Assembly (NCBI GenBank): GCA_963707985.1
Contig: CAVPRW010000018.1
Span: forward strand, 160,001-224,000
DNA length: 64,000 nucleotides
Direction of reading: 5' to 3'
From: an uncultured Nitrospinota bacterium
Lineage (GTDB): Bacteria; Tectomicrobia; Entotheonellia; J063; CAVPRW01
Shown here: positions 10,432 to 20,900 of the stretch, piece after piece
Numbering within the stretch: position 1 is the first letter of the stretch
How the letters are laid out: every line of letters starts with the position of its first letter
Made by a program: the position numbers and the translations under genes
Notes under the pieces: model-generated
Database searches by the model: none
What the model was told of the DNA's origin: nothing
What the model saw: only the letters and a program-made list of their open reading frames with translations

Positions 10432-13400
10432 ATGGACAGCCAATCCGAGGTAGACCTTGGCACCAGCCTGGCCAGCCTGGTGCGTGTCTCCCCTCCCTTT
10501 GTCGGCCGCCGCCAAGAGCTCGATTGGTTGATCCGCGGCCTTACAGAAGCGATAGGCGGCCAGCCGCGACTGATACTCATGCCCGGCGAGGCAGGTATCG
10601 GCAAAACCCGACTGCTGCTGGAAGTGCAAGCGGAGGCTCGGCGTCGTGGCATGCTGGTTGGTCTCGGCCGTTGCTATGAAGACTTGGCGCTCCCATACTT
10701 GCCCTTTGTCGGGGCCTGGCGCACGCTGATTGAGCAAGTACCGCAGGATGTGGCTCGAGCCCTCGGCTCGGACCTGGAGGTTATCCACCGGCTCGTTCCC
10801 CAAGACGTGACTCCTGCCCGCGGCGTTCATCCGCTCACCGCGACGGAGGCCGACCAAGATACACTGGAGATGTTTCTCGGGGTGTCACGCGCCACGATCA
10901 AACTGGCACGGCACTGTGCAATCTTTTTCATCGTTGATGATTTGCACTGGGCCGATCAGTCTTCCCTCGATCTGTTCGGTCACCTGGTATTCACCGTCGC
11001 CGATATGGCTAGTCGGGAACCAGTACCGCTCCTCATCATCGCCACCTACCGGCAGGTAGAGCCGGAGACCCGCGTGGCCCGCCTGATTGCGCGCTTCGAG
11101 CGCGAGCAGCTCTGCCAGACCCTGGCGCTTCCAGGTCTCGACGAGTCGGAGGTCCGCCAGCTCATCGGGGGTCTGGGCTTGGTGCGCCCGTCCCAGCAGT
11201 TGACCGCTACGGTCAGCGCAGCCACGCGAGGAAATCCCTTGTTCATCCAGGAGGTCCTGCACCATCTGGTCAAGCAGGACGCGCTTCAGCGACGGGGCGG
11301 GTATCTGGTCACCACCACCTCGCCAGCAGACCTCCAACTCCCCGAGGATGTGATGGGTGCCCTCATCCTCCGCACTCATAGGCTTAGTAAAGGCTGCCGT
11401 ACGATCCTCAAACTCGCCTCGTTCCTGGGCGAGAGTTTTTCGTTGCAGGTCCTCTGTGCGTTGAGTGGCAAGAGTGAAGAGGAGGTGCTGGAGCTCTTGG
11501 AGGAAGGAATGCACCAGCGCATACTCCTAAGCGACGGACTCCTCTTCCAATTCACTCACCCGCTGATCAGACATGTCTTCTACGCTGATCCAAGTGTGGC
11601 ACGGCGCCAGCGCATCCACCTGCAAATCGTCGAGACCTTACAGCGCCTGTATGCTGACGGTCTGGATACGCATCTGCTGGACATCGCCCATCACCTTGTC
11701 AGAGCGGGCCAGGCGGCCAATGCGGACACGGTGGTGACGTATGCTCGACGAGCTGGTGACCAAGCTTTCAGAATCTTCGCCTGGGCAGACGCCGCCTCCT
11801 ATTATGAAGCTGCACTAGCGGCCGTCGAGTCCTCCGGTCGCCTCTCAGTCCGCGACCGAGCAGAGTTGCACTATTGGGCCGGGCGCGCCCGCCACCGGGA
11901 CCAAGATGTGGGCCCCTGTCTGGCCCATTATGAACAGGCAGCCGAAGCCTATAGGCAGGCCGACGATGCGCGCGGCTTAGCACGCGTATTGATGGAAAAA
12001 GCTGAGATCCAATATACGCTCGCGTCTGTCCCGCTCGGCACCTTGCCGAATTTACAGCCGCTGGAAGACATCCTGGCCGCTCTGGGAGAAGGCGAACCGG
12101 CGCTTCGTGGACAGATCTTCGCCATCATGGCCCAGGTCTACCGAAACGCGCGCCAGGGCGATAAAGCTGAAGGGATGGCTCGCCGGGCGTTGGAGATCGG
12201 TCAACGTCTGGGAGATCACCATCTTAGCGCCCGAGCGAGTTCCGCCCTGGCCCTGGCCCAGTTGAATGATGGGCAGATCAAGGCAGCGCTGGAAAGTTAC
12301 CGGAGCGCTTTTGCCTATGCCCGTCGGACCGATGATCTCTGGCTGCAAGGGTGGCCATTGCAACGCATGCCGTTGCCGCTCATCGTGCTGGGGCAATTGG
12401 ATGAAGCCGAGCAAGTGGCGCAGGAGGCCTGCGCCCTGACGCGCACGACTCATGACTGGGGCGATCTCTCCGTGGCCTCATCGCATTTGGCGTCGATTGC
12501 CGTCGTGAGAGGGCAGTTCGAAGCCACCGAAAAACAGGCGCAGGAGACGGTGCTGATGGTCTACCGCTCTGGCTATTTTTGGGGCGGCGTACGTGCCCTC
12601 TTCGCTCTCGCCTGCGCGCGGGCCCTGCGCGGCGCCTGGGCCGAGGCTGAGGATGCGCTCGACCTGCTGGTGCATCCAGAACATCCCTTTCACGAAGCCG
12701 GTCCAGCCTTCCATGCCTTTGCCCAGGCCTTTCGCCGGCTTGTCCGGCTGTATTCGGGGACTGTCGAGCCTGACATCGAGCCGTTTGCTGCCGAACTGCT
12801 GCGCGTCGTGAGGTCCGATACCTATTCGCTGGCCCCGCTCTGTGCCTTAGTAGAACTGGGCGACGGCATTCGAGCCCCGCAGCTCGTTGAGTCCGCGCAG
12901 CAAGTCCTGTCGCAGGCGGCGGCGCGCGGAGTGGTGTTTTCGAGTGGATGGATGTTCCTCATCCCACGCATCCTCGGTGTCGCTGCCACGCTGCACCGTG
13001 AGTGGGGGGCGGCAGAGGCGCACTTTCGCGAAGCCATCGAGCTGGCGAGTCGGGCGCGTGCAAGGCCTGAACTCGGACGTGCGTATCTGGACTATGCACG
13101 ACTGCTGGTCTCGCGCCGCCGCAGGGGGGACCGCCAGCGCGCCATAGGGTTAGTCGAACAGGCAAGAGGTGTCTTTACAGAGCTGGGTATGGAACCGTTC
13201 ATGCTACGCGCCGCGCAGCTGGTCAAACCGCGTCAGGCGAGCCCATCGTTACCACAACGTCGCGCCGTCGCCTCGCCAAAGACGTTGAGTCCGATGGAGG
13301 TCGAAGTGCTCCTGCAAACGGCACAAGGGCGCACGCTGCAGGAGATCGCCACGGCGTTGATGTTGAGCCCACGCACAGTCGCTCGCCATGTGAGCACCAT

Positions 13401-14055
13401 GAGCACACGCATTGGCGTGAAGGGACGGGAAGGTGCTGCCGCTTATGCTCGCGAACAGGGACTGAGCTCACAGGTCTCACCTCAGCAGGGGCTTATGCCC
13501 AGGCCAACACCGATGCACGAGGCGAGTGGCATGGCGGGGCACCCACTCCTGACCGTCCTCATTACCGACATGGAGGGCTCGACCGCTATCATCGACCGAC
13601 TGGGCGATGTGCAAGCCTATGAAGTGCTGCGTATCCACAATGCGCTGATCCGCGATTGCCTACGCACCTATGAGGGTACAGAGGTCGCGCACACAGGCGA
13701 TGGCATCGAGGCCTCCTTCCGTCTGGCCACTCATGCAGTGGAGTGTGCAATCGCAATCCAGCGGGCCTTTGCCCAGTACAACGCCGAACACCCCAGGATC
13801 CCCATTCGCGTGCGAGTGGGCATTAACGCTGGTGAGCCGATTACAACCGAGGGGCGAATTTTCGGGATGTCTGTCCATGCTGCCTTTCGGATTTGCACGC
13901 GTGCCCAGCCAGGCCAGATTCTGATTTCGAACATCGTGCGCCAACTGGTTGCAGGCCAGCGCTTTGTTGTTGTCAACCGCGGCCGTGTGGCCCTCAGGGG
14001 TTTCCAGGAGCGTGTCCAGCTCTATGAAGTGCAGTGGGACGATGCCAGAGAGTAA
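10432..14055 (+). CDS. STAND-type ATPase + TPR-like repeats + LuxR-type HTH + C-terminal class III cyclase
   Basis: PPFVGRRQEL, GEAGIGKTRL, IVDDLHWAD; LuxR HTH LSPMEVEVLLQTAQGRTLQEIATALMLSPRTVARH; cyclase ITDMEGST, HTGDG, RVGINAGE. Colinear paralog of 4230..7635. Confidence 0.92.
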   Translation: MDSQSEVDLGTSLASLVRVSPPFVGRRQELDWLIRGLTEAIGGQPRLILMPGEAGIGKTRLLLEVQAEARRRGMLVGLGRCYEDLALPYLPFVGAWRTLIEQVPQDVARALGSDLEVIHRLVPQDVTPARGVHPLTATEADQDTLEMFLGVSRATIKLARHCAIFFIVDDLHWADQSSLDLFGHLVFTVADMASREPVPLLIIATYRQVEPETRVARLIARFEREQLCQTLALPGLDESEVRQLIGGLGLVRPSQQLTATVSAATRGNPLFIQEVLHHLVKQDALQRRGGYLVTTTSPADLQLPEDVMGALILRTHRLSKGCRTILKLASFLGESFSLQVLCALSGKSEEEVLELLEEGMHQRILLSDGLLFQFTHPLIRHVFYADPSVARRQRIHLQIVETLQRLYADGLDTHLLDIAHHLVRAGQAANADTVVTYARRAGDQAFRIFAWADAASYYEAALAAVESSGRLSVRDRAELHYWAGRARHRDQDVGPCLAHYEQAAEAYRQADDARGLARVLMEKAEIQYTLASVPLGTLPNLQPLEDILAALGEGEPALRGQIFAIMAQVYRNARQGDKAEGMARRALEIGQRLGDHHLSARASSALALAQLNDGQIKAALESYRSAFAYARRTDDLWLQGWPLQRMPLPLIVLGQLDEAEQVAQEACALTRTTHDWGDLSVASSHLASIAVVRGQFEATEKQAQETVLMVYRSGYFWGGVRALFALACARALRGAWAEAEDALDLLVHPEHPFHEAGPAFHAFAQAFRRLVRLYSGTVEPDIEPFAAELLRVVRSDTYSLAPLCALVELGDGIRAPQLVESAQQVLSQAAARGVVFSSGWMFLIPRILGVAATLHREWGAAEAHFREAIELASRARARPELGRAYLDYARLLVSRRRRGDRQRAIGLVEQARGVFTELGMEPFMLRAAQLVKPRQASPSLPQRRAVASPKTLSPMEVEVLLQTAQGRTLQEIATALMLSPRTVARHVSTMSTRIGVKGREGAAAYAREQGLSSQVSPQQGLMPRPTPMHEASGMAGHPLLTVLITDMEGSTAIIDRLGDVQAYEVLRIHNALIRDCLRTYEGTEVAHTGDGIEASFRLATHAVECAIAIQRAFAQYNAEHPRIPIRVRVGINAGEPITTEGRIFGMSVHAAFRICTRAQPGQILISNIVRQLVAGQRFVVVNRGRVALRGFQERVQLYEVQWDDARE

Positions 14056-14136
14056 ACACCTGTGACTCTTGCTCTGGGCGAATAGTCCAGAGCGCTACAG
14101 ACGATTGTCGGTCGTCGTTGGTTATGAAGGGAGGTC

Positions 14137-14802
14137 GTGATGGGTTGCGCCGGGATGTCTGCTCATCTCTCAAAGGGGCCTGTGCATCGGGCAGTGGACT
14201 GGGTCGTCAATCATCAGCACAGAGACGGTGCATTCGATATGCGCCAGCGTTTTCTCGATGATCTCGAGTCGAACCGAGATTATCTCGACATTCTCAACGA
14301 CGCCTTGCGTGCCTTCCTGAGAGCGGAGGGACTCCCCCCCGAGTGGGCAGACAGGCGCGCCGATTTTCTCACCAGCTACCTCGCCGAATACTGGTATGGG
14401 TCCTGGTGGCCACAGCATCAACCGGTGATGCCGCTTGTGCGCGTGGGGTTGATCAAAGCCATCCATGTGGCCAATAAGGTCAAACCTCAGCTCCCCATCG
14501 AATCTCAGTGGGTTGCTGCTGGCCCTCACGATAATCCGGCGAGTCCCTTCGAGGTGATCGTTTCGCGTGGAGACCAGCAAGTCACGCGTCTCATGCTCAC
14601 ACCGGAGACCCCAATGGCAGCGGATCCGCGATTTCTCGAAGAATTGGCCGACATCTGGATCATCAAGCGCGGGCCTGTGGGGGCCTGGGAGGTCGAGGAA
14701 ATAGGAGAATTGGGACAACGAGCTGTGACCACACGTCTGAGAGCCTACCCGCTGAAGATGCCACAAGCCAGGATTAGTGACACACAACAGCCTTACAAGT
14801 AG
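14137..14802 (+). CDS. Uncharacterised ~215-220-aa protein ('WWP' family, paralog of 7735..8307)
   Basis: RBS GGGAGG before GTG 14137 (alternative ATG 14155). Motif YLAEYWYGSWWPQHQPVMPLVRVG aligns with HLRKHWF...WWPESQPIEPIMRQG. Confidence 0.8.
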   Translation: MMGCAGMSAHLSKGPVHRAVDWVVNHQHRDGAFDMRQRFLDDLESNRDYLDILNDALRAFLRAEGLPPEWADRRADFLTSYLAEYWYGSWWPQHQPVMPLVRVGLIKAIHVANKVKPQLPIESQWVAAGPHDNPASPFEVIVSRGDQQVTRLMLTPETPMAADPRFLEELADIWIIKRGPVGAWEVEEIGELGQRAVTTRLRAYPLKMPQARISDTQQPYK

Positions 14803-14840
14803 GCCAAAGGTGGGCGGGTGGGCTTAGGGATTTGGAACCA

Positions 14841-16322
14841 CTACAACCTCTTCAGGAACTGGAGACTCGGAGCGAACAAAAACTCGCCTCCCTTCATCGT
14901 GACGAATCCCCTAAAATCAAAAGGCGTCATCTCCGGTTTCCCCCACTTCAGCGGCCAGCGCTGTGCGACGGCACATGAGCCATGGCCCTGTTGGCCGACA
15001 ACCGGGTCAATGCCGGTGTTCATGCTGACGAAATCCGGAGAGTTGACCCACATTTTCTGGAGAAAACCGAATTGATTGGCCAGGCTGCTCTGAAAGCACA
15101 TGAATAGTAGCCCGACACCTCGCGTTGGCATTTGCTCTCGGCGCGGGTTGCTCTCCGGTTCCAGCGTGCGCTCACCATAGGGGACCCCGCGGCGAACGAT
15201 CCGCCGCCGCCGCTCCTGGTCCTGGAGTAATGGACTCCAGCCCGAGCCCAGGGGCACTCCCTGGGCTCGGGTGCTATCTCCACGTGGGTTTACCTTGCGA
15301 ATATGCGCACTGAATGGACATTTGGTGCCATCGGTGTCCTCAGCGTAGGTGAAGTTGTTCGGCACGCCCTCGTGCAGACCATCGACACCAAAGGAGGTCA
15401 GGGGGGTGCCATCCCTGAAGCGTCCCATGAGCAACGCTCCTGCCTTGTGCACGGCACTGCCTTTCAAACCAAGCCAGTGAGCCAGTTGCTCTTCGCGCTC
15501 GTGAAAGCCGCGTACATTTTGTTCGAGCTTCCTAAACACTAGGTAGCTGCCGAAACAGTCTTCTTCCGATGCAACATAGGGATCCGCAACTAGGATGAGG
15601 TCCAGGGGGGCACTCGGATCCCACCGCTGGACGCTGCCCTCCCTGCGTTCCGAGTCGAGATCGTGTGTGAGAAAGAGCGGTTGGCTGCGACCATCCACGT
15701 AGCCAAAGTGTTCGATGCGCTCTCCTCGATGGTTTCGCATCACCCGGCCCCGTTCGACCGTCAGGACAGTGGCGATTACCTCGGCAGCATCGATCAGCCG
15801 CCTCGTCTGGCGCAAGAGGAAATCCTCGTCGTCATCGGCGAGTAGAATCATCGCCTCGATCTGTCCGTTTTGATAGACGGCTTCCCACGTCATAGGGTCG
15901 GGATCGTTGAGCTCATGTTGAGCTGCTGCCATGCCATCGACAAATTTGATATTCACGACCACATGCTCACCAAGGATCGCAGGCTGTTCGAGGAAGCGAT
16001 TAAGGATGTCCTTCCTGGAATAGCCCAAGGCTTCATAGCCCCTCGCCGAGAGAAAAAAGCTGCCAAACAGGCCGCCGGGGACGCCATGGGTGCGGAACTC
16101 ATCAGCTTCCTTCAGCTGTCGGTGCGCCGAGGTGACATAATTGGCCGAAAAGTCTCGCACCCAGTCTCTAACCATCCGTGCTTCAGCCTTGAACTGAAGA
16201 AAGATGTGCACACTAAAATTCCGCCCATGTCCTTTAAGAATATTGCCCTGGAGATTCTGCAGCATGTTCTGATATGTGTCAGCTCGATGGTCAATGTACG
16301 TCCTGGTCAGGTCGACTGGCAT
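14841..16322 (-). CDS. DyP-type peroxidase, AnaPX-like, copy 2
   Basis: NLQGNILKGHGR, EHFGYVDGRSQP, CPFSAHIRKVNPR, IVRRG, GGEFLFAPS; RBS GAGGAAAGGA. Confidence 0.95.
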   Translation of the reverse strand: MPVDLTRTYIDHRADTYQNMLQNLQGNILKGHGRNFSVHIFLQFKAEARMVRDWVRDFSANYVTSAHRQLKEADEFRTHGVPGGLFGSFFLSARGYEALGYSRKDILNRFLEQPAILGEHVVVNIKFVDGMAAAQHELNDPDPMTWEAVYQNGQIEAMILLADDDEDFLLRQTRRLIDAAEVIATVLTVERGRVMRNHRGERIEHFGYVDGRSQPLFLTHDLDSERREGSVQRWDPSAPLDLILVADPYVASEEDCFGSYLVFRKLEQNVRGFHEREEQLAHWLGLKGSAVHKAGALLMGRFRDGTPLTSFGVDGLHEGVPNNFTYAEDTDGTKCPFSAHIRKVNPRGDSTRAQGVPLGSGWSPLLQDQERRRRIVRRGVPYGERTLEPESNPRREQMPTRGVGLLFMCFQSSLANQFGFLQKMWVNSPDFVSMNTGIDPVVGQQGHGSCAVAQRWPLKWGKPEMTPFDFRGFVTMKGGEFLFAPSLQFLKRL

Positions 16323-16867
16323 GATTGATCGTCCTTTCCTCTGGCTGATGGCGGCCGTAGGCGACAGGCACCGGGCTTTCCCGCAGTCGTGAGTATAGCA
16401 TTTTGCGGCGGATTTCCTCGAGTGAGGTCGCTCCCACCTCGGGCTAGGGTTATGCCGGCAGCGCCAGACGATCCTGGCTCACTGGCGTATAGTCGAATAG
16501 GTGCGACAGCCGATTGCCGAGAGCGATCGACTCAGTGTATAAAACTACGCAGCGGCAGGCAATGAGCTGAGGGGATCGCCTCTCCCTACATCCTGATTTT
16601 ATGTGTCAACAGTTCTGTGCATGGTTCACAACGCTGGTGTGCTTTGATCACCGGAGACAGTACTACTGGGCCGGACGCTTCGGAGTTGATAATACTGAGA
16701 GGGCTGTGGAGGCTGCGGATGCTCCAACTACGAGGCTTGCCCTTGAGAGTCTTCCGCTAAAGGGATAATAAGGCTACTTTTCAGTCGCAGTCAGCATGGA
16801 CCTCCGTATTAGCAATTATGGGATGTGAGCCGTCATGAATGAGGCAGCTCAGAATCTAGTAAAGTTA

Positions 16868-17019
16868 TTGACAGTCGGAGAAATGTAGAACTATTATATG
16901 ACAATTTCCTCAACGACCCGTGGGGCAACCGCCTACGGGTGTTACCCCATGCCGGGACAGAGGTGTGGCCCCCCGACGCCCTGGTACCAGGGGTCTCTCC
17001 AAGATGGGAGGGACTGGGC
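16868..17019 (+). promoter_or_regulatory. Sigma70-type promoter plus structured 5' leader, copy C
   Basis: TTGACA 16868-16873, 18-nt spacer, TATTAT 16892-16897. Shares GTTACCC, GCCGGGA, ACCAGGGGTCTCTCC and GGAGGGAC blocks with copy A. Confidence 0.65.
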
Positions 17020-17553
17020 ATGGCTGAGCCGTCGAGGACAAATCCCGTTGAGCACCTGTCGAACTTTATCACATCTGATCCCGTGTCTGTGAGCCGTAGG
17101 GGAGAGCTACCCAGGTCGAGGAATATTCTGCAGGAGATGTGGTCAGTCACCCTGCGTCATCCCCATTGGGTAGGCTATGACCGAAATGATGGGGATCTCA
17201 TCCGCGTCTCTCTCCCTTTCCCCATTAGCTTTCAGGCCGCGCTGGACCAGTCTTCTCGGGAGAGCGCCCGCACCATCGGCACCGATGTACAGGATCGGGC
17301 GGAGTTCCAGTGTGAGGCAGGGCTTGCCCACCGGCGCGATCAAGACGTATGGCTTTGTCTCATCCATCCCAAAGATCCCATGACAGTGTATTGCCTTGCC
17401 GGTAAAATCTGGGACCTAACGAAGATTTTAGTGGAAAAATTCGAGACCAATTTGCCTTATGCTGCCGTTCGTCTCGGAACGCTGGCCGACCCGCAGCCCC
17501 TATATTTCTTCGATACTGCATGTTCACCTATCTTGCCGCACGCCTTGTCCTGA
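17020..17553 (+). CDS. Hypothetical protein (177 aa)
   Basis: ATG 17020 follows the conserved leader SD GGAGG. Open frame with no family recognised. Confidence 0.6.
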   Translation: MAEPSRTNPVEHLSNFITSDPVSVSRRGELPRSRNILQEMWSVTLRHPHWVGYDRNDGDLIRVSLPFPISFQAALDQSSRESARTIGTDVQDRAEFQCEAGLAHRRDQDVWLCLIHPKDPMTVYCLAGKIWDLTKILVEKFETNLPYAAVRLGTLADPQPLYFFDTACSPILPHALS

Positions 17554-17593
17554 TTGCCGCGAGGAAGCTCAACGGGGAAGAAGGGGCGCTGCG

Positions 17594-17953
17594 ATGAGGG
17601 GCACAATGGGGACGATCTACATCTTCAGCGAGTGGCAGCTCGACACTCGTCTCAACGAACTGCGCTGTGCGGGAAAGCCCTTGGAGATAGAACCCCAAGT
17701 GTTTGATATGCTCTTGTATCTTATCGCGCACCGTAACCGCGTGGTTTCGAGCGAGGAGCTCATCGATCGCTTATGGCCCGAGCAAACCGTCGGAAAGGCA
17801 GCGTTGGTTCGCAGTGTCGTCCTGGCCCGACGGGCCATAGGCGACAATGGCAAAGACCAGTGGTGTATCAAAACCGTACGTAACCGCGGCTATCGCTTCG
17901 TGGCTCCTGTGGAAGAGCGTGTCGAGGCGCTTCCAGCAGGAAGCACGGGGTGA
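17594..17953 (+). CDS. OmpR/PhoB-type winged-helix DNA-binding domain; probably the N-terminus of the next gene, separated by a frameshift
   Basis: IYIFSEWQLDT...LEIEPQVFDMLLYLIAHRNRVVSSEELIDRLW...IKTVRNRGYRF (Trans_reg_C pattern). Confidence 0.85.
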   Translation: MRGTMGTIYIFSEWQLDTRLNELRCAGKPLEIEPQVFDMLLYLIAHRNRVVSSEELIDRLWPEQTVGKAALVRSVVLARRAIGDNGKDQWCIKTVRNRGYRFVAPVEERVEALPAGSTG

Positions 17954-17972
17954 GTCGAGGCTGTCATTCTCC

Positions 17973-20900
17973 ATGGAGGGCTACCCTCAGGTCCAGGCAA
18001 GGGGGGCATCTACTCCTACCCTACCGTCTGGAGAAGCAGCACACCCTCTATTCAGTGCGCCTATCCCTCTACTGTATACGACTCCACAAGAAGGATTTAT
18101 AGCATGTCCGCAGTGTCGGCAGGAGAATAGTGGGATGAAGAGTCTCTGTGGGGAGTGCGGGGCTCGTCTGGTCCGGGTTTGTCCTGCCTGTGACCATGCA
18201 GAAAACCCACACGCGCGCTTCTGCTCTGCTTGTGGAACTCTGCTCATGCAGTTACCCCCAGTCACGGGGCCCCTGCCATCGATGCCACAGAGGAACCCAC
18301 AACCAGCACAGGTAAAGGTGGGGGGAGCCCCCTCGGCAGCGCAGGGAGAGCTCGAAGCCGAGCGCCGCCATCTGACAGTGTTGTTTTGTGACCTTGTTGA
18401 TTCGACCCCTCTCGCAATACATTTGGACCTCGAAGAGCTGCGCGAGGTGGTGCGGGCCTATCATGCCGTCTGTGCGGAGGTCATTGCGCGCTTTGACGGG
18501 TACATCGCCCAATATCTGGGCGATGGGTTGCTGGTCTATTTTGGGTATCCTCAGGCCCACGAAGACGATGCGCAGCGCGCCGTGCATACCGGGTTGGGCA
18601 TCGTCGAGGCTCTCGGCCCGCTGCAACGACGCTTGCAAAAGGTGCAAGAGGTCAGCCTCGCCGTGCGTGTAGGGATTCATACGGGCCTGGTGGTCGTGGG
18701 AGACATTGGGGACGGTGCCAGGCATGAACGTCTGGCCTTGGGTGAGGCCCCGAACCTGGCTGCCCGTCTGCAGGGGCTCGCCCTACCCGACACGGTGTTG
18801 ATCAGCGCCACCACGGCCCGGCTGGTCCGCGGGTGGTTTGTATGTGAGGGACTGGGGGATCAGATACTCAAAGGCTTCTCTGCACCAATGCCCGTGTACC
18901 GCGTCTTGGGGGAGAGTGGGGTTCAGAGCCGCCTTGACACGGTCGGTGCCAGTGGGCTGACTCCGCTCGTAGGTCGAGAGCAGGAGGTGGCCCTGCTGTT
19001 ACAACGTTGGGGGGACGCAAAGCGAGGGCTCGGGCAAGTCGTCGTGCTGGGCGGGGAGGCGGGGATTGGCAAGTCGCGCCTGCTGCGAGCCGTGCAAGAG
19101 GGCCTGGCGGATGAGCCATTTACTCGGCTGGAGTGTCGCTGTTTGCCCCATGCTCAGCACAGCGCCTTATACCCAGTGATCGACCTAGGTCGCCGTCTGT
19201 TGCAGTGGCAGCGAGACGAGGCACCTGATGTAACGCTAGGCAAACTGGAGGCGGCCCTGGCGCGACATGGCATGTCACTGCCAGAAGTAGTGCCATTGCT
19301 GGCCTCCTTGCTGTCTCTTCCCCTCTCTGACCGATATTCCCCACCGCAGCTCACGCCACAGCGGCAGAAGCAAAAAACCTTGGAAGTGATATTGGCGTTG
19401 TTGCGGGCCCGGGCTGCACAGCAGCCGGTGCTATTCATTGTCGAGGACTTGCACTGGATTGACCCCTCGACCTTGGAACTCCTGACGCTCTTCATCGACC
19501 AGGAACCGATGCCTCGCATCTTGATCCTGCTCACGGGTCGCCCAGAATTTCACCCACCATGGCGCTTCGGGGCGCATGTGACTTCACTCAGCCTGGGCCG
19601 TCTGCCTCCAACGCAGGTCGGACAGATGATCGAGCGGCTGACGGGGGGGAAACGCTTGCCAGCGGAAGTGCGCCAACAGGTCGTGGCCAAGACTGATGGC
19701 GTCCCGCTGTTTGTGGAAGAGTTAACCAAGATGGTGCTCGAGTCTGCCCTGCTCCGGGAACAGGCAGACCACTACGAGCTGCGGGGATCACTGCCTTCAC
19801 TGGCCATCCCAACAACGCTCCATGACTCCCTAATGGCCAGGCTAGATCGGTTGCCCAATGCCAAGGAGGTCGCCCAACTGGGAGCAACCCTGGGGCGGAC
19901 TTTCTCGTATGAGCTCCTGCGAGCTGTCTCTCCATGGGGCGAAGAGAGCTTACAAGATGCCCTGAGACAGCTTATAGACGCCGAACTGCTCTACCGTCGA
20001 GGTGTGCCACCGCACTTGACGTATGTCTTCAAGCACGCTCTCATCCAAGAGGCCGCCTACCAGTCGTTGCTCAAAAGCAAACGGCAACAGTATCATCAAC
20101 AGATCGTGCCCATATTGGAGCAGCGCTTTTCCGAGATCGCCGAGACCCAGCCCGAGTTGCTTGCCTATCACTATACCGAGGCAGGGCTGCCAGTGCAGGC
20201 GCTGCCCTACTGGCAGAGGGCGGGCCAGCTAGCTATCGAACGCTCGGCCAATGTCGAGGCAATCAGTCATTTCACGAAAGGGCTGGAGTCGCTCAAGGCT
20301 CTTCCGGAAACGCCAGAGCGTACGCGGCAGGAACTGGCACTGCAGCTTGCCCTCGGGTCGCCGCTCCGGATGATCAAAGGCGAAACGGCACCGGAAATGG
20401 AAGGCGTCTACACCCGGGCTTACGAGTTATCGCAGCAAGTAGGAGATCAGCAGCAACAATTCTCGGCGCTAGTGAGTCTGTCACGATTGTATCTCAACCG
20501 AGCGAGGATCCAGAAGGCGCGTGAGCTGGCAGAGCAGTGCTTTACTCTCGCGCAGTCCGTGCAGAATCCAATACTCCTCCAAGAGGGGCACCGGAGGCTG
20601 GGGGCAACTTTGTTTTTCCATGGGGAGCTCGTCGCAGCCCGCGTGCATTTCGAGCAGGGGATTGCCTTGTTTGATGTTCAGCAAGGTCACGTGCGACATG
20701 TTAGTGACAGGGTAAACCCCAGCGTGACTTGCCTCTCTTATCTGGCCTGGACCTTGTGGTTGCTTGGGTATCCAGATCAAGCTTTGAACAGGAGTTGTGA
20801 GGCGCTTAGCCTCGCCCATAAGTCGTCCCATACCTATAGTCTCGTCGTAGCGTTACATTACGCTGCAGTGCTCCGTCTAGCCCGTCGGGAGGCACGGCTC

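Noticed and set aside
4230..14802. Assignment to known Pycsar, CBASS or Avs defence systems
   Set aside because: No CNBD-TM/TIR, nuclease, SIR2 or CD-NTase component recognised. The architecture differs, so only a functional analogy is suggested.
16773..16806. Minus-strand mini-ORF MLTATEK after a GGAGG
   Set aside because: Seven codons only, and neither read-through nor frameshift continuation gives protein-like sequence.
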